From Clostridia bacterium (lineage in GTDB: Bacteria > Bacillota > Peptococcia > DRI-13 > SM3-B62): 64,000 bases of DNA. Below, one piece after another: positions 37,902 through 46,462 of the stretch. A program made the translations under genes and the position numbers. The notes under the pieces were generated by a model that was not told the DNA's origin, did not search any database, and saw only the letters and a list, made by a program, of their open reading frames with translations. The DNA is taken from the NCBI GenBank assembly GCA_018433675.1, contig JAHDQS010000006.1, positions 2,425-66,424 of the forward strand, in the 5' to 3' direction. Position 1 is the stretch's first letter, and every line of letters starts with the position of its first letter.

Positions 37902-39169
37902 TCAATCCACCCCTCTTTGAACGTTACGTTAACAGCATTGATGAACCCTTGGGAATTCTTTATCTTGCGGCTTCTTTGCAAAATAACCACGAGGTATATT
38001 TGATCGACAGCTTTAATAACCTGCTCTCCACAGAAGAAACCATAGAAATTATCAAGGAGCTTAACGTCGAAGTCCTGGGAGTCAGCATGATTTTCACCGG
38101 CGCCTACCAAACCTCCCTGGAAATCATTAAAACCCTCAAACAAATTAAGCCCTCTATTACCAGCATAATTGGGGGAAACACCGCCACATTCCTTGTCAAC
38201 GAGTTGGCGGGCGTCCCTTTTATAGATTATGTGGTACGAGGCGAAGGCGACATCTCCTTCCCCCGACTCATCAACGCCTTAAGTAACGGTACGGAAACAG
38301 CCAACATCCCCGGCCTCTCTTTTTACAAGGACGGCACAATCGTCCATAACCCCACCGCACCTCTTGTTGAAAACTTGGATTCCCTTCCCTATCCGGCACG
38401 TGAACTCTTACCCCTAAAATATAAATACCCTCGAGCAATACTGAGCTCCAGAGGTTGTGCTTACAACTGTATATACTGTTCCTCCTCCGCCTTCTGGCAA
38501 AAAACCTTTCGTATCAGGAGTATTGACAATATTATCAACGAAATCAAATTGCTAAACGAGCAGGAAGAATTGCAGTACTTTTCCTTTGCCGACGACTGTC
38601 TAACCCTGATCCCGGACAGGGCACGTGAAATCGCGACAAGGATCCACGCCCTAAATCTCGACTGTACCTGGGGTTGTACGGGCAGGATCGAAACCATGTC
38701 GGAAACCCTGATTAAAGACTTATCTGACTCAGGCTGCAAAGGAATTTTTTTCGGTGTTGAATCCGGAAGCAGTCGTGTACTTAAATTGCTCAAACGACGC
38801 TATTCCCCTAATGACGTCTATACGTTGTACAGGCTGTGCCTCAAACACGGCATAACACCCTACTTTTCTTTTATCATTGGACTTCCTTTTGAAGAAAAAG
38901 GGGATTTAGACCAAACTTTCAACCTTATTCAAAAACTGCAAGGGGTTGAAAACGGGATACACATCCTGACACCTTTGCCCGGGACCCCTATATTCAAAGA
39001 AGCCAACAAATACGGAATAAAAATGACATCTTGCGATATTACGGATCTGGACATCAATGGTAAACCTCTGATAACAACCAGGCATCTTACCTCCGCAGAA
39101 ATCAGTGAAGCTTATCGAAAAGCGGTAGGTTACAGTTTAAAAGCCTTAAGGAAAAGAGGCGTGCAATGA
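37886..39169 (+). CDS. B12-binding domain radical SAM protein (class B)
   Basis: The TTG start after GTAGGGAAG overlaps the upstream gene by 16 nt. The N-terminus is cobalamin-binding-like (RIALINPP...LGILYLAASL...GVSMIFTG...IIGG), followed by the RGCAYNCIYC cluster motif. Confidence 0.8.
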   Translation: MRIALINPPLFERYVNSIDEPLGILYLAASLQNNHEVYLIDSFNNLLSTEETIEIIKELNVEVLGVSMIFTGAYQTSLEIIKTLKQIKPSITSIIGGNTATFLVNELAGVPFIDYVVRGEGDISFPRLINALSNGTETANIPGLSFYKDGTIVHNPTAPLVENLDSLPYPARELLPLKYKYPRAILSSRGCAYNCIYCSSSAFWQKTFRIRSIDNIINEIKLLNEQEELQYFSFADDCLTLIPDRAREIATRIHALNLDCTWGCTGRIETMSETLIKDLSDSGCKGIFFGVESGSSRVLKLLKRRYSPNDVYTLYRLCLKHGITPYFSFIIGLPFEEKGDLDQTFNLIQKLQGVENGIHILTPLPGTPIFKEANKYGIKMTSCDITDLDINGKPLITTRHLTSAEISEAYRKAVGYSLKALRKRGVQ

Positions 39170-40182
39170 TTAAACTCGATTCAATCACATTATTTCTTTC
39201 CTGGAAGTGTAATTTCAGCTGTGCTCACTGCGGTTTCCAGTGTAATCCTGAAAGAAAGGAAAAAATGCATCTTCATGAAGCCAAAAGCTACATCAACTCG
39301 GTAACAGAAAATCAAGACCTGAAAATGCTCGCTTTCTCCGGAGGCGAACCCTTCCTTTATTATAACGAGATGAAAGAACTGATGTCTTATGCCCTACAAC
39401 GAAACCTGGTAGGAGGTATTGTCAGCAACTGTTTCTGGGCAGTCGATTATTATACGGCTTATGAAACACTGCAAGAACTGAAAAGCCTCGGCCTGAGAGA
39501 AATAATAACAAGCTTCGATGATTTCCATGCCGCATACGTCCCGGCTCAAAACATCGCACATGTCATCAAAGCAGCTTCTCAATTAGGCATCAAGACAGGT
39601 CTGAATATCCTGGCGACAAAGAAGAGCCGGATTCGCCAAAGCAATGCGTCAAGTATCTTAGGTCTGGATTTGGAGAATTTGGTATGTGCACAAAAATTGT
39701 GGATCAGAGAATCAAGCCCCCTAATCGTAGGCCGAGCCAGGGAAAGCTTAAATATAGAAACATTTTCCTCAAAAGACCTCATCACCTACGGAGAAAAGGA
39801 ATTACTCTACAATCCCTGTCCTTATGTGATCAGAAACAGCATTATTACACCGAAAGGCGACTTCTATGCTTGCTGCGGCTTCGGCGATGCGACCAGTCTG
39901 GGCCCATCATCCATTACCTATGGCGGAAACATGAAAAAATCAAATTTCCCGGAACTTTTCACAGGGGTTTCACACAATCTCATACTTAACATTATCTGTT
40001 TGTACGGCCCTTATCTGCTGGTTAAACTGGCCAGAGATTTACACCAGGACTTAGTCATCAAGGAACGCTATATCAGCAATTGTGAGGTTTGCGGTGAAAT
40101 TGCCACAAATAAAAAACTTCATAATGCCGTCGGCGAGGTTTTAAACAAAATGGCACTACAAAACAAGGAGGGAATCAATTGA
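39166..40182 (+). CDS. radical SAM protein with truncated SPASM/twitch-like C-terminus, paralog 1
   Basis: It forms an ATGA overlap with the upstream gene. Motifs are CNFSCAHC, GGEPF, SFDDFH, GRA, CPYVIRNSIITPKGDFYACCGFGDA (CX12GX4CC) and NCEVC. Confidence 0.75.
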   Translation: MIKLDSITLFLSWKCNFSCAHCGFQCNPERKEKMHLHEAKSYINSVTENQDLKMLAFSGGEPFLYYNEMKELMSYALQRNLVGGIVSNCFWAVDYYTAYETLQELKSLGLREIITSFDDFHAAYVPAQNIAHVIKAASQLGIKTGLNILATKKSRIRQSNASSILGLDLENLVCAQKLWIRESSPLIVGRARESLNIETFSSKDLITYGEKELLYNPCPYVIRNSIITPKGDFYACCGFGDATSLGPSSITYGGNMKKSNFPELFTGVSHNLILNIICLYGPYLLVKLARDLHQDLVIKERYISNCEVCGEIATNKKLHNAVGEVLNKMALQNKEGIN

Positions 40183-41192
40183 AAACAAAATCCGATTTGA
40201 ACCTTGTTCTCACCTACGCTTGCGACTTTTCATGCAAACACTGCATCTGTAACTCCGGTCCTTTCAGAAAGGAAGTGATGTCTTACGAAAAAGCAGTAAA
40301 TTATCTCGATACGGCTGCCTCTGTCTTAGATTTGGCAAGCATCGGTTATACCGGAGGAGAACCCTTCACGGTTTATCCTCTACTGAAAGAACTTATGTAT
40401 TACGCCAACCGTAAATACGGTTTGCCGGCCGGTGTCGTAACCAACTGTGGCTGGTGCAAAAGCCCGCAAACAGCCACACAAAAAATAGAAGAACTGATAG
40501 CATGCGGCTTAAGAAGCATCGTGGTCAGTCTTGATAGCTTCCATCTCGAATTTGTAAGACTCGAGTCAATTAAAAATGTTGTTGACGCGGCCTTAAAATA
40601 TAACCTTCAAATCACCGTGAACACCGTCGTCACCAGAAACGTCCAAATATCAAAAAACGACGCTAAGAATCTCCTTAGCATCAGTGATGATTTGATTGAA
40701 AGCGGTCAAGTCACCTTCAAGGAATTTGGTCCCCTGCGTACCGGCAGGGCTAAAAGGGTCCTTGATCCGGAAGAATATATTGATACTACAGACGAAACGC
40801 ACTTTAACGGCAACTGCCCCTTTATTATCAACACTCCTGCCATCGCACCCGACGGCAGTGTTTACTCCTGCTGTTGCTTCGGTGATGCCACAAAAGAGCC
40901 CGAACAACTGATTGGTTACTGCGGTAATTCAAATACGACTCCGCTTCATGACATCCTGGTTGCCATGGACAACAACCTCCTCTTTAATATTCTAAAAACA
41001 AATGGCCCATACGCTATACTTAAAGCCCTGCAAAAAAATAATCCCAACCTGACAACAAGAGGACGCTATCTAACGAATTGCGACGTCTGTATCGAACTCT
41101 ATCATAATAAAGAAGTGAAAAAAGCTTTGCAGGCCTTTCTTAAATCCCTAAGTTCAGAAGACCGCAAGGAGGCAAAGATATGCTCGAAATAG
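40179..41192 (+). CDS. radical SAM protein with truncated SPASM/twitch-like C-terminus, paralog 2
   Basis: The TTG start after AAGGAGGGA gives a 4-nt overlap. Motifs are CDFSCKHC, GGEPF, SLDSFH, GRA, CPFIINTPAIAPDGSVYSCCCFGDA and NCDVC. Confidence 0.75.
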   Translation: MKTKSDLNLVLTYACDFSCKHCICNSGPFRKEVMSYEKAVNYLDTAASVLDLASIGYTGGEPFTVYPLLKELMYYANRKYGLPAGVVTNCGWCKSPQTATQKIEELIACGLRSIVVSLDSFHLEFVRLESIKNVVDAALKYNLQITVNTVVTRNVQISKNDAKNLLSISDDLIESGQVTFKEFGPLRTGRAKRVLDPEEYIDTTDETHFNGNCPFIINTPAIAPDGSVYSCCCFGDATKEPEQLIGYCGNSNTTPLHDILVAMDNNLLFNILKTNGPYAILKALQKNNPNLTTRGRYLTNCDVCIELYHNKEVKKALQAFLKSLSSEDRKEAKICSK

Positions 41193-42106
41193 ATGGTTTG
41201 AGTCTCATCATTACCGACAAATGTAATGCCTGTTGCCGTCATTGCGGTTTTTCTGCCGGCCCCGACAAAAAAAATGTCATGACTATGAAAACAGCCCGTG
41301 AATGTATTAAAGAACTCGCTCTCCTAGGAAGCGCAAAATTAGTCTCTTATACGGGTGGAGAGCCCTTCCTCTTTTTCGATTATCTTAAGGAAATTGTCTC
41401 ATTCTCAGACTCCTTAGGTTTTTACGGCGAAGTCGTCACAAACAGCTTCTGGGCAGAAAACATGACCCTGGCCAGAGAAAAACTCATTTCCCTCAAAAAA
41501 TTGGGGGTTATTAACTTTGTTACCAGCCTGGATGATTATCACATAGAATTCATCAAGCCGGAATACATAAAAAATGCCGTTCTAACGGCATGTGATTTGG
41601 GCTATCATGTTACGGTCAAAACCATTGAAACACCGGACTCTTATTTCACTTACACTACTGTCAAATCCTTTCTCGAGACTGACAAGAATAAAATTAAAAT
41701 CATCAGCCAGTCACCGGTAACAGCAGGACGTGCCAAAGGACAACCATCCACCTTAAATAGCGCCCATCCTGAACAATCCGGCGGCAATTGCCGTACGGTC
41801 ATCCGTTTCCCGGCTGTAGACCCAAAAGGCAATGTCTTCCCCTGCTGCGGGTTTGGAGACAAAAGAATAATACTGGGCAACATCAATCAGACACCTTTAA
41901 GTATCATCCTCCATGAAATGAGACACAACCTATTCCTTAACCTACTCGCCTGTGCTGGACCTAAAGCCCTTCTCAACTCCGCACAGCAATACTTTTCTCA
42001 AACACCCCGCAATCACTTCCCAAACACCTGTGAGGCCTGTAATTACATCGTACAGAATGCTGATGCCGCTCTTGCGGTAAAACGTTTTTTAGAACAACTG
42101 CTATAG
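41180..42106 (+). CDS. radical SAM protein with truncated SPASM/twitch-like C-terminus, paralog 3
   Basis: The ATG start after AAGGAGG gives a 13-nt overlap. Motifs are CNACCRHC, GGEPF, SLDDYH, GRA, CRTVIRFPAVDPKGNVFPCCGFGDK and TCEAC. Confidence 0.75.
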   Translation: MLEIDGLSLIITDKCNACCRHCGFSAGPDKKNVMTMKTARECIKELALLGSAKLVSYTGGEPFLFFDYLKEIVSFSDSLGFYGEVVTNSFWAENMTLAREKLISLKKLGVINFVTSLDDYHIEFIKPEYIKNAVLTACDLGYHVTVKTIETPDSYFTYTTVKSFLETDKNKIKIISQSPVTAGRAKGQPSTLNSAHPEQSGGNCRTVIRFPAVDPKGNVFPCCGFGDKRIILGNINQTPLSIILHEMRHNLFLNLLACAGPKALLNSAQQYFSQTPRNHFPNTCEACNYIVQNADAALAVKRFLEQLL

Positions 42107-43027
42107 AATCGGAACCGGGAAACGCTCATTTTCCAAAAGATACACACTTGCGGTAACCGCCACCAAATCAGCTGAGCCACCTGGACTGATATTCTCTCGG
42201 ACAAATTCCTCATCCAATTTTTTGATTGTCTCCAGACCTTCTTTCGTGAAAACACTGCCTCTCTCTAAAACCTCTTTTGCCTTTTCTTTAACCATTGCCA
42301 AAGTCTCTTGATCTTTCCTCCAAAGGATTGTTGTATCATCGACAGATGTCATCAGTGCAAGCAACGTATGCACCAAACAATCGTTCAGTTTCGAACAGTT
42401 TTGTAAAGCCTCCTGAAAAGCCGGCAACCCGACCTTGCTCACCGACGGGAGCCCTGCCGCTACCTCACCTCTGATACCAGTTACTCCGTACTTTTTATAT
42501 AACAGCTCTCCGGCTGTGAGCTTCCTGTTCACGCCCTCGTCAAGCTGTTCCAATTCCCTGGCAACGATTCCACGGGTCATTTCCGCCGTTCTTTGGAACA
42601 GCACTTCGGCTTTCAACTCCTCATTCTCCCGGGAAAAATACCCTGCCACCCCGCATAAAAGACCGGCGGCAAACAGTATCCCCCTCTGGGTATTGACACC
42701 TCCGGTAGCGTCCAATAACTCTTTTTCATATTGTACTCCTATCCTCCGGATCCCGGGAAGCAAATCTTCTATTGCTCCCACATGGTCTCTTCCCGCTTGT
42801 GCACAAAGAAAAAAGGCGGGACTGATGGCCGCGGAGCTTACCATAAACGTTAATATATCCATATCCCGGTGCGAACCGCTGGAAATTGAGCTTACCAGGC
42901 CAGGCTTAGGATGCGAACTGACCTCTAATAGCACGCCCTTTAAAAAAGCTGTGCCTATCTTCCAGGCCTTCGGCTCTATCTGCGAAACTGCATTTTCAAA
43001 TTCTTTACCCCTATTCATCCTTTCCAC
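42101..43027 (-). CDS. madG: triphosphoribosyl-dephospho-CoA synthase (CitG/MdcB/MadG)
   Basis: 308 aa. KPGLVSSISSGSHRDMD and ISPGGSADL motifs are typical of the CitG family, and the gene sits at the end of the mad locus. Confidence 0.8.
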   Translation of the reverse strand: MERMNRGKEFENAVSQIEPKAWKIGTAFLKGVLLEVSSHPKPGLVSSISSGSHRDMDILTFMVSSAAISPAFFLCAQAGRDHVGAIEDLLPGIRRIGVQYEKELLDATGGVNTQRGILFAAGLLCGVAGYFSRENEELKAEVLFQRTAEMTRGIVARELEQLDEGVNRKLTAGELLYKKYGVTGIRGEVAAGLPSVSKVGLPAFQEALQNCSKLNDCLVHTLLALMTSVDDTTILWRKDQETLAMVKEKAKEVLERGSVFTKEGLETIKKLDEEFVRENISPGGSADLVAVTASVYLLENERFPVPIL

Positions 43028-43056
43028 CCCTTACCATCTTATCCCAACAGCATCTT

Positions 43057-43096
43057 CTAGAAAATCAAAGGCCATAGCCCGAAAGCTACGGCCTTT
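43057..43096 (-). terminator. terminator-like hairpin between madM and madG
   Basis: Minus strand AAAGGCCGUAGCUUUCGGGCUAUGGCCUUU followed by GAUUUUCUAG. Confidence 0.45.
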
Positions 43097-43111
43097 AATT
43101 ATTTTAACACA

Positions 43112-43876
43112 TTATCCTAAAATTGCTTTCGTGATTAAGAACAATACGGAGGGGCACAACAGACAACCTAATCCTGTATAGAAAGTTGCTGTCATTGCAC
43201 CGTATGGAACCAACCTGGGGTCAGTTGCTGCCAAACCTGCGGCAGTTCCGCTTGTTGTTCCCATCAGACCGCCGTAAACCATAGCACTCTTGGGATTGTT
43301 GAGTCCGACAGGCTTAGCGACAAAGGGAGTAACGATCATGACCAGAATTGACTTAACAACACCGGCCGCAATACTCAAAGCAACAACTTCTGAGCTGGCT
43401 CCCACCGCAGCACCCGTAACAGGTCCGACGATAAATGTTACCGCACCTGCTCCGATAGTGGTTGCACTGGCGGCATCACTGTAACCGAACATAACTGCTA
43501 TAACTACCCCTACAATGTAAGCGGAAATAACACCGATGAACAAGGAAATAATGCCGGCAGCTCCTGCCTTTTTAATTTCACTAATCCTTGCACCGAAGGC
43601 TGTGGAAATGATGCAGTAATCCCTCAGCATCGAACCACCCATGACGCCGATCCCTGAAAACAGCGGAATGTTGGATATCCCCCCGCTGCCTTTTCCGGAG
43701 GCAACACCGCCAATATACGCGAGGATCAGACCAATAATTATTGCAATAGCTGAACCGGCAATCCTCTTATTAGTAAGCTTGGAAATCCAGCTGGAAATAT
43801 ACATTACTACACCGATAATCAAAAATGCCATAACAAGACCGTATTTAGTAAATGGCGCAATAATCATATCCATCAT
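43112..43876 (-). CDS. madM: malonate transporter subunit MadM
   Basis: 254 aa polytopic protein immediately after madL, as in the Malonomonas rubra mad cluster. Confidence 0.8.
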   Translation of the reverse strand: MMDMIIAPFTKYGLVMAFLIIGVVMYISSWISKLTNKRIAGSAIAIIIGLILAYIGGVASGKGSGGISNIPLFSGIGVMGGSMLRDYCIISTAFGARISEIKKAGAAGIISLFIGVISAYIVGVVIAVMFGYSDAASATTIGAGAVTFIVGPVTGAAVGASSEVVALSIAAGVVKSILVMIVTPFVAKPVGLNNPKSAMVYGGLMGTTSGTAAGLAATDPRLVPYGAMTATFYTGLGCLLCPSVLFLITKAILG

Positions 43877-43880
43877 CTAG

Positions 43881-44273
43881 CTACGCCTCCTTCTTTTCTA
43901 ATTCAGGTAATGGTTCACCGGGTGCACCAATCTTACTAAGCATTGGAATAAACGTGAATGCCACAGCAACAGCCACCACACCGGCTAAAATAGCCATCGG
44001 GCCACCGGTTACTGCCGAAACAACATTCTGACGTGCAGACATGGCCACTACGACGGGAATATACATCATGCTCCAGAACTGAATCCCTGCCTGAGCTTTT
44101 GAGGACAACAAGTCTCTTTCCAACAGATAATCGGAAAGCAGGATCAAGAACAACATGGCTATACCGACGCCGCCGACGTTTGAGTTGACTCCGGTGATCT
44201 TGCCTAAAATGTCGCCAATCAGGACACCCGCATACATACAACCGGACAATAATAGTAATCCATAAACTACCAT
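43881..44273 (-). CDS. madL: malonate transporter subunit MadL
   Basis: 130 aa protein with 4 TM helices, paired with madM. Confidence 0.8.
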   Translation of the reverse strand: MVVYGLLLLSGCMYAGVLIGDILGKITGVNSNVGGVGIAMLFLILLSDYLLERDLLSSKAQAGIQFWSMMYIPVVVAMSARQNVVSAVTGGPMAILAGVVAVAVAFTFIPMLSKIGAPGEPLPELEKKEA

Positions 44274-44386
44274 TTAATCATGGCACCTCCTCTTATTTTG
44301 GGGTATTTCCTTGTCAGAAATATCTCTTTTTTCGTGGCGAGTAGTATCAGAACAATTCAATCCTGGTACTACTCGTTTTATACCGA

Positions 44387-44596
44387 TTACTCAATTACCA
44401 TAATAACACTTCCCGGATTAACCCGGTCACCGACGTTAGCCTTGATTTCTTTGACAACGCCGTCCTCCGGAGTCGGAACCGGCTGTTTCATCTTCATGGC
44501 TTCCATAATTACCACGATGTCTTTGGCTTTAACACTATCACCTACAGCAACTTTTAATTCCACAATTTTACCTGGAACACGGGATTTAATCTCCAT
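44387..44596 (-). CDS. madF: biotin carboxyl carrier protein of malonate decarboxylase (MadF-like)
   Basis: 69 aa biotinyl domain with the EAMKM biotinylation motif. The RBS is AAAGGAGGTGAAGGTGA. Confidence 0.8.
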   Translation of the reverse strand: MEIKSRVPGKIVELKVAVGDSVKAKDIVVIMEAMKMKQPVPTPEDGVVKEIKANVGDRVNPGSVIMVIE

Positions 44597-44624
44597 TCAC
44601 CTTCACCTCCTTTCTTTAGATAAA

Positions 44625-45347
44625 TCATCTATCCTCAAGAATTTCTAAGGATGACCACAGTTCTCGTTTGGGTATCAGCTTCACCTCATCAATGCTTTTA
44701 CCCAAGACATCATCTGTCTGCATAAACAATTCAACTGCTTTTATGCCATAGCCATTAAGTACATCGAGCTCAAGATCAAGCTTGCAACCCTCTTCCTGGA
44801 CTATATTCTGCGCCTGTACCAAGAACTCCTTGATTTTTGCAATAGGTGCAGAATCCATAAGCAAATCAAGATCCGAATGATCGTGGGTATAAGGCAGCTC
44901 CGTCGCTAATTCTAACGCAGCCGAGCCCCATACTCCAAGCTTGAGTCCCATTTCTGCGGCTGTTACAGTCACTCTTCGCAAAGCCCGCAGGCACTTCGTT
45001 CTCACCATAATGCCTGGGTTTTCCGTAACTCTGCCTGCAGCAGACTTAAGCAAATCATAGGGAGTAATTACCTTAAGTATCTCCTCTTTTGGAACGTGTG
45101 CTGCAACCCTCGTCCGCCTCATCTCATGTAACCAAGGAGAGGCAAAACCTACCGGGACAACCCCCAAAGCGACATTTTCTTCATCACGCCGCATAATACC
45201 GGGGATTTTCTTCCCTTTATAACCTTCAACAATCAGGCTTTTAAGTTCGTTTTCATCCCGGACTTCAACCTTCCGGTCAAGGTTTTCATACGCCCAAGCG
45301 CGTCCCTTATCGGTAATTTCAACCAGATAGTGTCTTTTTATTTCCAT
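44625..45347 (-). CDS. malonate decarboxylase holo-ACP synthase (phosphoribosyl-dephospho-CoA transferase, MdcG/MadK-like)
   Basis: 240 aa. The nucleotidyltransferase-like GVWGSAALE...HDHSDLDLLM motif is present, and the position matches madK. Confidence 0.65.
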   Translation of the reverse strand: MEIKRHYLVEITDKGRAWAYENLDRKVEVRDENELKSLIVEGYKGKKIPGIMRRDEENVALGVVPVGFASPWLHEMRRTRVAAHVPKEEILKVITPYDLLKSAAGRVTENPGIMVRTKCLRALRRVTVTAAEMGLKLGVWGSAALELATELPYTHDHSDLDLLMDSAPIAKIKEFLVQAQNIVQEEGCKLDLELDVLNGYGIKAVELFMQTDDVLGKSIDEVKLIPKRELWSSLEILEDR

Positions 45348-45350
45348 ATG

Positions 45351-46460
45351 CTACCTTCTCTTAATCCAGGTCGGATCGGATTTACTCCCTTGCTGGTAAC
45401 CAATCTGCGCCTCAATCATCTTGTCAAAGAGCCTGGTTTTTTCAGGACCTTCAATAATTATCGGTTCATCAGACTCTTGATTACCAATACCGACCCGGTA
45501 TTCCAAAACAGTATTCTCAGCAGAAAGCTGAACCTCCGGATCAACCTTAACAACCCTGCTCTTTAAGCGCAAAATTGTTCTGGCCACCCTGCCTATCGTT
45601 TCGGCGGATGATAGCTTAGTAGCTTTGACAATCACTTCATATTCCGGGTGTGTCCGCTTACGACGATATGTAATAATCTTGCCTTCACTGTTACACACAT
45701 GTCCGCTTTCCGATACCGCAAAGGTGTCACCCATGGGAAGCCCGCCGACAACAACTTCATATAGATTAATCCCTTTAGAAGGAGATTTGATTAAACTCAA
45801 ATCGTCCCTCACAGGTATCCCGTCAATCGTCAGCCAACCGAACTCTTGACAACCGTATAGATCATGAACTTTCGAGGAAACGATACTCTCTGCAACATCC
45901 AAGAGATCCAAGTCCAAAGGTGTACCGGCTACAATCAAGGCTTTGCCTTTCGGCAAGTATTCGGCTATTCCCATACTCTTCGCATCCTCCAGGGCAACTC
46001 TTAAAAAGGAGGATTCACCTAATACAGCATCCGGCTCCATTTCGTAGAACTGACTTAAAAAGGAATCCCTACTGGAACGTCTCAGAAACTGCCATTCAAT
46101 CTCTAGTTCGTCAAGAGCCCGCTTGGTAAACACGTTTACTAGCGGCGGGTAGGTGAAAAGAATCTTATCGCCACGCTTTATGCCAGCCAATTCCAGCGCC
46201 TTGTGGGAAGCCTTTACCTTGTCTTCCATTTCCGTATGGGTAACTCCGACTATATTTTGAAAGGCCGAAGAACCCGTCGTAAATGTCAGATAAGCCAAGT
46301 TCAAAGGGGAATGGACTTCTTCAATGACGTGTGCCGCAGTCGGGCCGTTGATCCCTTTATCCTGCAGAGTTCTTTTCGGCATATCTTCTATTACAGGAGC
46401 TGTGCCGAATTCTTCTACCATTGTTTTTAACTCATCAAAGAAGTCCTTCATTTTCCTCAC
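45351..46460 (-). CDS. adenylate-forming ligase-like protein, probable ACP-SH:acetate ligase (MadH-like)
   Basis: 369 aa. TFTTGSS is an AMP-binding-like motif of the PaaK/F390-synthetase type. The gene occupies the madH position between madD and madK. Confidence 0.5.
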   Translation of the reverse strand: MRKMKDFFDELKTMVEEFGTAPVIEDMPKRTLQDKGINGPTAAHVIEEVHSPLNLAYLTFTTGSSAFQNIVGVTHTEMEDKVKASHKALELAGIKRGDKILFTYPPLVNVFTKRALDELEIEWQFLRRSSRDSFLSQFYEMEPDAVLGESSFLRVALEDAKSMGIAEYLPKGKALIVAGTPLDLDLLDVAESIVSSKVHDLYGCQEFGWLTIDGIPVRDDLSLIKSPSKGINLYEVVVGGLPMGDTFAVSESGHVCNSEGKIITYRRKRTHPEYEVIVKATKLSSAETIGRVARTILRLKSRVVKVDPEVQLSAENTVLEYRVGIGNQESDEPIIIEGPEKTRLFDKMIEAQIGYQQGSKSDPTWIKRR

Positions 46461-46462
46461 TC

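Noticed and set aside
42435-43181. A 248-aa plus-strand ORF.
   Set aside because: It is antisense to the well-supported CitG/MadG-like gene, has a Ser/Pro-rich composition, lacks an RBS, and runs across the madG-madM intergenic hairpin.
43936-44241. A 101-aa alternative-frame ORF inside madL.
   Set aside because: It is on the same strand but out of frame with the membrane protein gene. Its Arg/Cys-rich composition is typical of an off-frame translation.
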